This document shows, one piece after another, positions 16,132-27,181 of a stretch of DNA of 64,000 nt. The notes beneath the pieces are model-generated. The model saw only the letters and a program-made list of their open reading frames with translations, had not been told where the DNA came from and did not search any database. Source of the stretch: Eledone cirrhosa (taxonomy: Eukaryota); assembly GCA_964016885.1 (NCBI GenBank), contig OZ024754.1, forward strand, positions 5,270,001 to 5,334,000, written 5' to 3'. Every line of letters begins with the position of its first letter. Position 1 is the first letter of the stretch. Made by a program: the position numbers and the translations under genes.

Positions 16132-16134
<3 letters not shown>
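15858..16134. mobile_element. Older PLE-type tail-out inverted terminal pair with degenerate hammerheads
   Basis: Imperfect inverted repeat 15858-15960 / 15983-16072. The right arm has CTGACGA-C-CGAAG-T-CAGACG...CGTCTG-T-CTTCG-T-GAAA. The tail 16073-16134 is homologous to the reverse complement of 22629-22690. Flanked by (TA)n. Confidence 0.6.
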
Positions 16135-16198
<64 letters not shown>

Positions 16199-16434
16199 CG
16201 GCGATGAATTAGTTTTGCGAGGTTTTTTATATGAAATCGTGTGTCGAAACAGATATTGTTATATTTGGGGAGGGTCATATTTGCGTAATATTGCCAGAAT
16301 TAATAATAGAACACACTCACTGTTTGGTTGGTTTTCGCTTCTCGCTGTCTTTTATATATATATATCTGCGATCTAACTTACTCGGTCCTCAATGTTGCCA
16401 TTGACTGACCGGCGGTCAAAAATAATACAGATAC

Positions 16435-16514
16435 AATATAGACAAACACATATATATATAGTTTACATAAATCTTTCGTTGCACATCTGCAACATCGTCA
16501 GTGGTGTTATATTC
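16435..16514 (-). ncRNA. Minimal type I hammerhead ribozyme in PLE 3' UTR (left copy)
   Basis: Mirror of 20211-20290. Confidence 0.6.
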
Positions 16515-16773
16515 ATTGTTCCTCCTGTTGTGTTGTATGTCTACGCCATTTTTTTTGTTCAGTCTGTCTATATATTTATTTATTTATTTGCTTGTTTGTT
16601 TATCTTATTTTATTTTGTCTTCTTTGCGCATGCGTTTGCGTGTGTGTATAGTGTTATGTGTGATGTGTGACTAGTGTGTATAGTGTTGTGTCTGCTGGGT
16701 GACTAGTGTGTGTTTATGTGCTTGTGTATGTATTTATTTATCTTATTTTATTTAATTTAATTTACTTATTTAT

Positions 16774-18567
16774 TTATACTTCTCTTAGGTCAGTGTTGTT
16801 TGTTTGGGTGTTGTTGTTGTTCCACTCATTCTTTCTGTTTAGCTGTGGTCTTCTAATTTCTATTTCACTGGCCTCTCTGATTTGCCTATCTGCTGGGTCA
16901 TTCCTATGTTTAGATATTATTCTAATTTCTATGTTGTCTATGTTACCGTCATGATGTTGTCTAGCATGTTCGTATAGTACTGACCCGTTTTTTCGTCCTT
17001 TTAGTTCCCCCCAGTGTTGGTCTATCCTTTCACCTATGCTACGAGCTGTCTCACCTATGTATGTTGTTGTCGTGTTTCTGCAAGTACCCTCTGTACATCT
17101 TATGCTATAGACTACGTTTCTAGTTTTACAGTTTATCCGGGGGTTCACCTTACATATGATACATTTCCTATTGGTACAGTGGGTTTTCTTAAAAGGGTAG
17201 GTTTTGCTGATCAGGGATTTTATGGTGGTTCCTGGCTTTTCTACCACCTTTATTTTTAAGTGGGTCTTTCTCAGGGCCTTTCTACACTGGTTAGCTAATT
17301 TCCCTCCAGGGGTGGCGTCCACAAACATGACACTCTGATATCTCTGGTTGTCGTACCATGATGTGGCCTTCCCTATCTTATGTCTAGCCCTATCTAAGCT
17401 ATTCCATGATTTGCTCCTGTATAGTGGGCAAATTCCTTTCATGTCCAGTTCTATGAGGGTCTTATACTTTTCCATGGCTCCTTCGTATACTCTGACTCTG
17501 TCTCTTTGGTTGTAGCCAGAGAACTGCATGCGGTTGATGAAGTGTTGGATGTGTCCTTCCATTTCTGTTGGGTCGCACATGCTGGACACATTCTTCATCA
17601 CTCGTACCAAATCTGCGATCAGAATATTAAACTTAGCACTACTGGACATTGCTGAGTTTTTGAGTATCAGGTATTTGGAGGCCATGGGTTTAGCATAGTG
17701 TGAGTGGAGAATTTGGGCTCTCTCGTCTATAGTGTTAATCCAGAGTTCTGTGTCTAATACAGGTAGTCTATTGTTAGGGTGTTTGGAAGGGAAGTCTATA
17801 GTTACAGTTATACTCTGGTGTATGGAATTAGCTATCTGCTGGATGCTTTCCATCGTGCTACGTTCTAAATCAAACTTGTTAGTGCTCTCTAGTGGGGGTG
17901 TTCTTATAACTATATTGATATCGTCTACATAACGAGAGTACATGATGAGGTCTATGGAGCTTTCATTAAGGAGATCTTTAAGTCTCCTTTCCCACCATAC
18001 CATGAAAAGGTTGGCAACATCGCCAGCTATGCTGACGCCGATGGCTGCTCCCTCATTTTGGGTGTAGATTTTCTCATTGAACTTAAATATGTGGCCCTTT
18101 AGGGTAGTTTTGATACTAGCCCCTATTGCATGTGCGACCATTTTTCTTACCTGATCAGTGTTTTGGGGGGTCCGTATAGCTTTGGTCCACCCAATCCACC
18201 TTCCTATGGGAGTCTTTTTAGCCATTGAGGTTATGGTGGGGGGTCTACCTCTTATAGGTCTACTAGGGCAGAAACATCTAAGGTCATGGCTGTCTAGGTA
18301 GTCAGTGTCGTAGGTAAGTCTAAGTAGGAGGCCCAGTTCGTCTGTGTCGACGTCGCAGAACTCCACCTCACTCTCAATGATCATCTCCACACATCTTTTC
18401 ACAGCAAAATCAATGTTAATGGATGGGTACAGTGACACCACATCCATGCTGCCTATTATGCAGTTGGATAGGCTCCTGTTTTTGTTGCACTCACTGATTC
18501 TGCTGAGGAGGTCCTCTGTACTTTCACATACATCTGGGGACATCTTGATTATGGGGCGTATAACCAT
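16774..18567 (-). CDS. PLE polyprotein, N-terminally truncated: reverse transcriptase + Cys linker + GIY-YIG endonuclease
   Basis: RT motifs SMDVVSLYPSI, YTQNEGAAIGVSIAGDVANLFM, YSRYVDD, LPVLD. Linker CTNRKCIIC. GIY-YIG NVVYSIRC...YIGETARSIGERIDQH...REASEI...PQLN. No stops. Confidence 0.93.
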   Translation of the reverse strand: MVIRPIIKMSPDVCESTEDLLSRISECNKNRSLSNCIIGSMDVVSLYPSINIDFAVKRCVEMIIESEVEFCDVDTDELGLLLRLTYDTDYLDSHDLRCFCPSRPIRGRPPTITSMAKKTPIGRWIGWTKAIRTPQNTDQVRKMVAHAIGASIKTTLKGHIFKFNEKIYTQNEGAAIGVSIAGDVANLFMVWWERRLKDLLNESSIDLIMYSRYVDDINIVIRTPPLESTNKFDLERSTMESIQQIANSIHQSITVTIDFPSKHPNNRLPVLDTELWINTIDERAQILHSHYAKPMASKYLILKNSAMSSSAKFNILIADLVRVMKNVSSMCDPTEMEGHIQHFINRMQFSGYNQRDRVRVYEGAMEKYKTLIELDMKGICPLYRSKSWNSLDRARHKIGKATSWYDNQRYQSVMFVDATPGGKLANQCRKALRKTHLKIKVVEKPGTTIKSLISKTYPFKKTHCTNRKCIICKVNPRINCKTRNVVYSIRCTEGTCRNTTTTYIGETARSIGERIDQHWGELKGRKNGSVLYEHARQHHDGNIDNIEIRIISKHRNDPADRQIREASEIEIRRPQLNRKNEWNNNNTQTNNTDLREV

Positions 18568-19951
18568 TGATCAGGTAAGAAAAATGGTCGCACATGCAAT
18601 AGGGGCTAGTATCAAAACTACCCTAAAGGGCCACATATTTAAGTTCAATGAGAAAATCTACACCCAAAATGAGGGAGCAGCCATCGGCGTCAGCATAGCT
18701 GGCGATGTTGCCAACCTTTTCATGGTATGGTGGGAAAGGAGACTTAAAGATCTCCTTAATGAAAGCTCCATAGACCTCATCATGTACTCTCGTTATGTAG
18801 ACGATATCAATATAGTTATAAGAACACCCCCACTAGAGAGCACTAACAAGTTTGATTTAGAACGTAGCACGATGGAAAGCATCCAGCAGATAGCTAATTC
18901 CATACACCAGAGTATAACTGTAACTATAGACTTCCCTTCCAAACACCCTAACAATAGACTACCTGTATTAGACACAGAACTCTGGATTAACACTATAGAC
19001 GAGAGAGCCCAAATTCTCCACTCACACTATGCTAAACCCATGGCCTCCAAATACCTGATACTCAAAAACTCAGCAATGTCCAGTAGTGCTAAGTTTAATA
19101 TTCTGATCGCAGATTTGGTACGAGTGATGAAGAATGTGTCCAGCATGTGCGACCCAACAGAAATGGAAGGACACATCCAACACTTCATCAACCGCATGCA
19201 GTTCTCTGGCTACAACCAAAGAGACAGAGTCAGAGTATACGAAGGAGCCATGGAAAAGTATAAGACCCTCATAGAACTGGACATGAAAGGAATTTGCCCA
19301 CTATACAGGAGCAAATCATGGAATAGCTTAGATAGGGCTAGACATAAGATAGGGAAGGCCACATCATGGTACGACAACCAGAGATATCAGAGTGTCATGT
19401 TTGTGGACGCCACCCCTGGAGGGAAATTAGCTAACCAGTGTAGAAAGGCCCTGAGAAAGACCCACTTAAAAATAAAGGTGGTAGAAAAGCCAGGAACCAC
19501 CATAAAATCCCTGATCAGCAAAACCTACCCTTTTAAGAAAACCCACTGTACCAATAGGAAATGTATCATATGTAAGGTGAACCCCCGGATAAACTGTAAA
19601 ACTAGAAACGTAGTCTATAGCATAAGATGTACAGAGGGTACTTGCAGAAACACGACAACAACATACATAGGTGAGACAGCTCGTAGCATAGGTGAAAGGA
19701 TAGACCAACACTGGGGGGAACTAAAAGGACGAAAAAACGGGTCAGTACTATACGAACATGCTAGACAACATCATGACGGTAACATAGACAACATAGAAAT
19801 TAGAATAATATCTAAACATAGGAATGACCCAGCAGATAGGCAAATCAGAGAGGCCAGTGAAATAGAAATTAGAAGACCACAGCTAAACAGAAAGAATGAG
19901 TGGAACAACAACAACACCCAAACAAACAACACTGACCTAAGAGAAGTATAA
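18344..19951 (+). CDS. Second PLE ORF copy (genuine part 18568-19951; lacks RT motif A; first ~75 aa are antisense spacer read-through)
   Basis: Identical to the minus copy from DQVRKMVAH to the stop. Confidence 0.85.
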   Translation: MSTSQNSTSLSMIISTHLFTAKSMLMDGYSDTTSMLPIMQLDRLLFLLHSLILLRRSSVLSHTSGDILIMGRITIDQVRKMVAHAIGASIKTTLKGHIFKFNEKIYTQNEGAAIGVSIAGDVANLFMVWWERRLKDLLNESSIDLIMYSRYVDDINIVIRTPPLESTNKFDLERSTMESIQQIANSIHQSITVTIDFPSKHPNNRLPVLDTELWINTIDERAQILHSHYAKPMASKYLILKNSAMSSSAKFNILIADLVRVMKNVSSMCDPTEMEGHIQHFINRMQFSGYNQRDRVRVYEGAMEKYKTLIELDMKGICPLYRSKSWNSLDRARHKIGKATSWYDNQRYQSVMFVDATPGGKLANQCRKALRKTHLKIKVVEKPGTTIKSLISKTYPFKKTHCTNRKCIICKVNPRINCKTRNVVYSIRCTEGTCRNTTTTYIGETARSIGERIDQHWGELKGRKNGSVLYEHARQHHDGNIDNIEIRIISKHRNDPADRQIREASEIEIRRPQLNRKNEWNNNNTQTNNTDLREV

Positions 19952-20210
19952 ATAAATAAGTAAATTAAATTAAATAAAATAAGATAAATAAATACATACA
20001 CAAGCACATAAACACACACTAGTCACCCAGCAGACACAACACTATACACACTAGTCACACATCACACATAACACTATACACACACGCAAACGCATGCGCA
20101 AAGAAGACAAAATAAAATAAGATAAACAAACAAGCAAATAAATAAATAAATATATAGACAGACTGAACAAAAAAAATGGCGTAGACATACAACACAACAG
20201 GAGGAACAAT

Positions 20211-20290
20211 GAATATAACACCACTGACGATGTTGCAGATGTGCAACGAAAGATTTATGTAAACTATATATATATGTGTTTGTCTATATT
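20211..20290 (+). ncRNA. Minimal type I hammerhead ribozyme in PLE 3' UTR/pLTR (right copy)
   Basis: CTGACGA(20224-30)-T-GTTGCA-gatg-TGCAAC-GAAA-GATT-TA. Stem III is quasi-palindromic; stem I is interrupted (CA/TG, then AACAC/GTGTT). HHRs in PLE pLTRs are established. Confidence 0.6.
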
Positions 20291-20464
20291 GTATCTGTAT
20301 TATTTTTGACCGCCGGTCAGTCAATGGCAACATTGAGGACCGAGTAAGTTAGATCGCAGATATATATATATAAAAGACAGCGAGAAGCGAAAACCAACCA
20401 AACAGTGAGTGTGTTCTATTATTAATTCTGGCAATATTACGCAAATATGACCCTCCCCAAATAT

Positions 20465-20506
<42 letters not shown>

Positions 20507-20565
20507 AGGAGGTGAGTTTTATTGTAGTACAATAAAGCAATGCAGATATCGGATAAGAAGCACTC

Positions 20566-20645
20566 TACAGTTTGTAGGACTGGAGTATACATAATATGTT
20601 GATTTACAGTTTGTAGGACTGGAGTATACATGATATGTTGATTTA
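20566..20645. repeat. 39-bp tandem duplication
   Basis: TACAGTTTGTAGGACTGGAGTATACAT(A/G)ATATGTTGATT occurs twice. Confidence 0.85.
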
Positions 20646-21088
20646 AAACTGCACTATCCACAAGTGTTTTTTAGCCTTCATATCATGTCCTCCTGTTTTA
20701 TCTGATAAAAACACAAATATTATTGCATGATGATGTTTGTTTTTGAAATGCGCATAATAAAATACATGGAACTCCTTTAACCATCTTTTGATCTTATATA
20801 TTATATATATATATATATATATATTCATAAATACTTATATCATTTATAGTGATACATTTAATTTAAAAATAATATGAGACTACCAAACAAATGCAGCTTC
20901 TATACAAATTGAACCGAAAGTCGTAGCTTTCAAACCATTTTCAGAAAGAGGTGCCGTAGCGGAAGTTTGGGATGCGGAAGTTTGGATGTATGTAGTGCAT
21001 TCTGTGCTCAATAGTATTGGTTGTCTAGGATATTGGTGCCTGATAGATACAACATACGTATATGTGTTTTCTTCTTTACACACACTCC

Positions 21089-21215
<127 letters not shown>

Positions 21216-21383
21216 TATACATATATATATATATATACATATGAATATAGATATATATATACATATATATATACATATATATACATATGCATACATGTAT
21301 ATATGCTATATATACATATATATATATGCTATATATATTTATATATGTTACGTATATACATACACTCACACACAAACACACAA

Positions 21384-21456
<73 letters not shown>

Positions 21457-22508
21457 GTGTGAATGTATGGTAATACGTGCTTGTAACCTTGTCTTCGTGA
21501 ATGTAAGTATGTTTTTATTGAGTTATGTTTTACATATGTACCATTCTCTGTGTTTATGTGACTTCTGTATATTTTGTTGTTAGACGTTGTAGCTGCTTTT
21601 TGTTTTTTGACCATTTTATACATTAAGCATTGTGGAAACAATTTTCCTATGGAATTATGGGTTTTGGCGTCTATATTCCTTGAGAGGTTTCCCTCTAAAT
21701 CACACTTGAAATTATTTCCTATCTTTATTGTTACACCTTGGCATTATTCCTTCCTTTGTAGTATTTTCTCAAAAGACTGAGCTAATTCAATTGGCCTTTA
21801 GAAGAATTCAATTTTCTTCACTGAGGTCTACATTGCGACTGACATCTCCACAATTGTCACCAAATAAGTGATGTCATATAGATAAATGTCCTGTAACAAA
21901 AACCATGTAAAAAAAACACATAAAGTATACAAGGAAATATCGAAGTTATAATTTGTCAAACTAATTGGATGTTGCTTCAGAAAAAATGGCTCGCTAGAAA
22001 ACAGCAAAATATAACGTGTATGTGTATGAGTATGTGTGTCTATGTATGTATGTGTGCGTGTGTGTATCTGTGTGTGAGTATATCCGTATCTGGGTCCATG
22101 TGTGTATGTGTGTATGTGTGTCTCCTACACAAGTGTGTCACAACAGATATCTAGAAGAATAAGAGACACTTAGAGACACAGAGAGACAGAGTCAAAGAGA
22201 GTAATTTTGATGTAGGGAAAGTAACAATGTTTCTTGATGTGAGTGCGTGTGTGTGTCTGATAGTGTGTGTTTGTGTGTGTGTCTGTCTGTTTGTGTGGTA
22301 GTGCGTGTGTGCGCGTTTAATATTGAAATCGAGGTTATACGTCACAGTTTTCTCTCTCGCATTCACATTCTCATATATATATCTATATCTATATATATAT
22401 ATATCTATATATATCTATATATTCTCATATATATATCTCTATATATATATTCTCATATATATATCTATATTATATAGATATATATATTTTTTAGATATAA
22501 TATATACA

Positions 22509-22611
22509 CAGAGTGTCCCCAAAACATGTATACACGCTACTTCAACATCATTCAAATAGATATTGCTTGTGCAGGTAATCAAAATGTGTATACATGTTTT
22601 GGGACATTCTG
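22509..22611. mobile_element. Tc1/mariner-type MITE
   Basis: TIRs CAGAGTGTCCCCAAAACATGTATACAC / GTGTATACATGTTTTGGGACATTCTG in TA context; relatives at 49786 and 59768. Confidence 0.75.
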
Positions 22612-22628
22612 TATATATATATATATAT

Positions 22629-22800
22629 GAAGTAATTCCATCGGAAAAGTCCAGGAAAAAAGAGTGCTCTATGTATGCAACAGAGCTTAATTATTATTAT
22701 TATGTAATAAACAACATAAGGCAATTATTCCATTTACCAGTGGTTTCTTAAAAGCAAAAGGTTTTGCTTTCAATCCTCAGAACGGGAAAAAGCTGGTTTG
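22629..22800 (-). mobile_element. PLE-type 3' terminus (pLTR fragment) ending in (TA)n
   Basis: Homologous to 15860-15900 and 16050-16134; carries an HHR. Confidence 0.65.
22728..22788 (-). ncRNA. Type I hammerhead ribozyme
   Basis: Reverse complement: TTCCCGTT-CTGAGGA-TTGAAAGCAAA-acct-TTTGCTTTTAA-GAAA-CCA-C-TGG-TA-AATGGAA. Full core, three stems, GUA site. Confidence 0.8.
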
Positions 22801-22884
22801 CTTATTGAATTTGGATTACAAACCAAAAAATGCAATTTATATGAAAGTGAGGCTGGAGAAGGGAGAAGGAAAGGAAAAATAAAA

Positions 22885-22918
<34 letters not shown>

Positions 22919-23175
22919 TACATGTTCAGCCAAAGTTCTTTCAGATACGATAGTCCCCTTAGATAACCCTGAGAGTACACAGGAGAAACCCCAGATTTAT
23001 AGCCACAAGTTTGGCTTTAATGTGGAATATACTAATCATTTATATATATATGTGTGTGTGTGTGAGTGTGTGTGCGTGTATGTGTGTATATATATATATC
23101 TCTCTCTCCCCCTCTCTCTCTCTTTCTCTCTCTCTCTCTCCCTCTCTCTCTCTCTTTCTCTATCTCTCTCTCTCA

Positions 23176-23212
<37 letters not shown>

Positions 23213-23226
23213 ACTCTCTCCCTCTT

Positions 23227-23257
<31 letters not shown>

Positions 23258-23271
23258 CTATATATATATAT

Positions 23272-23558
23272 AGAAACTCAAATTTAAATTTTGAAGACCA
23301 ACACAATGCGTTATGGAGAATATTCAATTGCCAAGATAGCAAAAGAATCTTACCTTAGCAAATTTAACGATCCCAAATTTAAAAACTCACTATCAAGGGA
23401 GTAACCCTATAAGAGACTTAAAAATGGATCGGAAAAGTTTCCCTGTACAAGTTTTTGGCTCGTTAAATTTGCTCAGGTAAGATTCCTTTGCTATCTTGGC
23501 AATTTAACATTCTCTATAACACATTGTGTTGGTCTTCAAAATTTAAATTTGTGTTTCT
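23272..23558. mobile_element. Foldback/MITE-like element with ~100-bp imperfect TIRs
   Basis: 23272-23370 is the reverse complement of 23460-23558; TA flanks. Confidence 0.7.
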
Positions 23559-23592
23559 TATTATAAAATGCTTCAAGCAAGCTACAAAACTC

Positions 23593-23753
<161 letters not shown>

Positions 23754-24227
23754 GTTTCTTGCTTTTGTTTGTCTGCTGGTTGTCGTTTGTTGGTTTATTT
23801 GTAGTAGTTTTGTTTTTATTTGATTTTATATTTGAATTTTAATCAACGAAATGTCGATTCGTTGCCTCGGTTTCCAGTATCGAAAAAAAAAAAAACACAG
23901 TAAAATCGAATATAAGTCATGTGTGCATCCACCTGCAGCTATGTTCTAGTCAACCGCCAGAGAATATCACCTTTATATACCTGCCAACAAGTTCACGTTT
24001 TATATAAACCACGACAAGAGACAAGAAGCTTTACCGCCCCTCGTCGTAATAATGACGTCAATGTAATTTCCTATCTACCAGTACGTTCTACAGTCCCCTC
24101 AACTATATTTTCGTTTCCTTCCCTCATCCGCCATACTATTTATCATGTTTTAAATTTTACTCAACTCGTTATGCTTTTGTTTATGCATTTTTAATTTTAT
24201 AAGTACTCCGGTGTTATTTATCCATGT

Positions 24228-24540
24228 GATGTATGTATGTATGTGTGTATGTATGTATGTATGTATGTATGTATGTATGTATGTATGTATGTATGTATGT
24301 ATGTATTTATGTATGTATGTACGTATGTATGTACGTATGTATGTATGTATGTATGTATGTATGTATTATGTATGTATGTATGTATGTATGTATGTGTGTA
24401 TGTATGTACGTATGAATGGATGTACGTGTGTATGTATGTATGTATTTATGTATGTATGTATGTACGTATGTATGTATGTATGTACGTATGGATGTATGAA
24501 TGTGTGTATGTATGTATGTATGTATTTATGTATGTATGTC
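24228..24540. repeat. (ATGT)n tetranucleotide microsatellite
   Basis: Direct observation. Confidence 0.9.
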
Positions 24541-24626
24541 TTTATTTAATACTATATATATATGTGTGTGATTGCTCGTAGATCATGTGTATGCATGTAT
24601 ACATATATATATATAGGTAAATATCC

Positions 24627-24719
<93 letters not shown>

Positions 24720-24735
24720 TAAATATATATGTATG

Positions 24736-24767
<32 letters not shown>

Positions 24768-24775
24768 TCGTTTCT

Positions 24776-24955
24776 GAATTTGTTTAGCAAGATTCTTTAT
24801 CTGAAAACGTGCGTTAAAACCGGTATTGTTATGCTTTGGGAGGGTCATGTTGCCAATAAGAAACACACGCACCAGTTACTTTCACTCCAATTTATCATAA
24901 ATAAAATTTATAAATTTCCGGTTGGTTGGTTGCTTCCATAACCGGACGGTTGTTC
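24776..24955 (-). mobile_element. Diverged 3' terminus of a relative of the main PLE
   Basis: GAATTTGTTTAGCAAG...GGTATTGTTATGCTTTGGGAGGGTCAT...ACACACGCAC aligns with 16205-16330; between (TA)n tracts. Confidence 0.65.
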
Positions 24956-25019
24956 ATATATATATATATATAGATACATGTGTATATATATATATATATA
25001 TATATATTATACTATATTG

Positions 25020-25100
<81 letters not shown>

Positions 25101-25111
25101 ACATAGTTATT

Positions 25112-25630
25112 GATCTCTCCATGGCTCTTTGAGCCGTTACCAACCTCTGCTCTTCTCTCTTCGTTGTAGCCCAGCTTTCACTGCCATATAACATTGCAGG
25201 TAAAACTGTGCTAAGAAGAGGTTGGCACGGGTGGTCTTGTCCAACCTCCCCTTGAGCACATACCTTATGGCGTTGAACACCTTCCATGCTAGGAATCTCG
25301 TTGAGAAAGCACATCAGGAGCGATGTCGTCAGACAGAAGTCCGGCGTGAGGGACGTCATCACGGAATATATGCGCAGCAAGTTCAGATGGGCTGGACACG
25401 TCGCCCGGTTCACCGATAATCGGTGGACCCGCGCAGTTGCCGAGTGGTACCCGCGCGAGCGGAAACGACCACTCGGAAGGCCTCCACGAGGGTGGAGGTA
25501 CGATTTTAGGATTACGATTGGGACTAGATGGATGAGGAAAGCACTATCCAGAGAGGAATGGACGGCATGCTGTGATCAGCGGCGCCTAATCGGCACCCGA
25601 CAGACTTGTCCGTCAAGGTGATCAAGGTGA
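25112..25630 (+). mobile_element. RTE-like LINE 3' fragment with 5' inversion
   Basis: The minus part (25112-25285) encodes ...MLYGSESWATTKREEQRLVTAQRAMERS. The plus part continues MLGISLRKHIRS...RWAGHVAR...GRPPRGW. TCAAGGTGA x2 tail. Confidence 0.85.
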
Positions 25631-25729
25631 TATATAGTTATATATATAGTTAATACATGTGTATACGCCTGCGTGCATATATATATGAATGTATATATGT
25701 ATGTTATCTCTTTCTCTTAATTTCGAGTA

Positions 25730-26205
25730 TATATTTTTGACCGGCCACCTTCCTGGTAGCAAGGTTGTAAAAGAAAAGAAATTATCATCCCTTGAATTGC
25801 AAGAATGTTTTGCAAATTTTGAAGGTGCCAGCTATCGCAGCTATTTGTAGACTATGAATTAGGGAGCTGCGCTTTTTGTCCGCAAATCCAAGTTCAGTCA
25901 TACTTTGGCCCAAGCGGGTTGGTATATAACCCGTAGCTCCAATAATGATGGGTATGAAGATAAAGGCGTATCTTCGATACTGGATATGTAAACTCCTCTT
26001 CAATGGTCCGTAGATGTCTTCCTTCTCCTGTATTTTTCTGACAACGTTTACATCAAGTGGGCAGCTGATCTCCACAACAGAACACGTTTTCAATGTGTGG
26101 TCCCAAAAAACAATATCAGGCCAGTTGTGCTTTAATTTGGTTGCAGTTTTTATTTTCAGGTTCCACCAGTATTCCTTAGTGCCATCTGTCTCAATATATT
26201 CTCCT
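25730..26205 (-). mobile_element. R4/Dong-like non-LTR retrotransposon 3' fragment (restriction-like endonuclease)
   Basis: YWWNLKIKTATKLKHNWPDIVFWD...VVEISCP...EKEDIY...IPIIIGATG is a PD-(D/E)xK RLE C-terminus. Confidence 0.75.
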
Positions 26206-26351
26206 CGTTTGTTGTATGTATGTATGTATGTATGTATGTATGTGTACTCGGGTTATGTTTCCATTTCAGCACCATTCAGGTTTCAGGCGAAATTGCATTG
26301 GATTATTTTTACGGTAACTTACTCTGAAGGCAAGGTGAAGAAAAAAAAGAT

Positions 26352-26471
26352 GGAGGAGGAAGAAGAAGAAGAAGAAGAAGAAGAAGAAGAAGAAGAAGAA
26401 GAAGAAGAAGAAGAAGAAGAAGAAGAAGAAGAAGAAGAAGAAGAAGAAGAAGAAGAAGAAGAAGAAGAAGA
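26352..26471. repeat. (GAA)n microsatellite
   Basis: Direct observation. Confidence 0.95.
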
Positions 26472-26679
26472 CTATAAACAATGACATTTCAAAATCAAGT
26501 GGCAAGATCAAATATTACAGATAAAATTCTATAAATGATTATAATAAAGGTGATGATGATGATGATGATGACAAAGCCGATGGTGGGCAGTCGGTTCAGT
26601 TGAAATACCAGGAAATTCTATGGTGGACATTTGGCATATAGACAATTTCCAGACATACCTGGCCAAACCCTCATCAATG

Positions 26680-27181
26680 TTTTCATACTTTCATACTTAC
26701 GAGGTCGATGAACTAAAGTAGCAGTAATGCACTGGTCTCGATTTAATCGACCTTTCCCTCTCTCCAAATAGATGGTGTTGTGCCTAAATTAGAAAATATT
26801 ATTACAGTCTGACGCCATTCTTTGCAGCAAAGAGTTATGGCAATTTATGGTCTGAGTTCAAATCCCGCCGAGGTTAAATTTGTCTTTCATCCTTACGGGG
26901 TCGATAAAATAAAGTACCAGTAGTACACTGGGGTAATTGCGGGCCTTGTGCCAAAAGTAGAAACAATTAAAGGGTGGTGGTGGTGGTGGTGGAAGTATCG
27001 ATAGAGGGCAGACGCCATGCTTTTCAGCAAAGAGTTACGGCCCTTTATGGTCTGAGTTCAAATCCCGCCGAAGTTAACTTTGCCTTTCATCCGTACGGGG
27101 TTGATAAAATAAAGTACCAGTAGTACACTGAGATAATTGCTGGCCTTGTGCCAAATGTAGAAACAATTATTATTATTATTT
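26680..27181 (+). mobile_element. Tandem cluster of SINE family A copies (decayed 26680-26800; 26811-26969; 26990-27181)
   Basis: Repeated B box plus body motifs. Confidence 0.85.

Larger units (their letters stand above)
16198..20472. mobile_element. Penelope-like retroelement (Neptune/Nematis-like): two 5'-truncated copies head-to-head, 3' ends outward in (TA)n
   Basis: Arms 16253-18157 and 18568-20472 mirror each other (paired coordinates sum to 36725, identical translated ORFs). The 410-bp spacer is extra 5' ORF of the left copy. The 55-bp tail 16198-16252 is on the left copy only. Confidence 0.95.

Noticed and set aside
16201-16260. Antisense hammerhead in the PLE tail (CGATGA...GAAACAGATA)
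   Set aside because: No CUGANGA and no stem II partner.
16774-18567. Naiad/Chlamys-type or selenoprotein PLE, or telomerase
   Set aside because: GIY-YIG is C-terminal, there is no in-frame TGA within the ORF, and no TERT-specific motifs are present.
17014-19711. Small ORFs antisense to the PLE ORFs
   Set aside because: Shadow frames duplicated by the inverted repeat.
20306-20342. HDV-like ribozyme (GGCAACATTGAGGACCG resembles HDV sequence)
   Set aside because: No nested double pseudoknot could be built; only simple hairpins.
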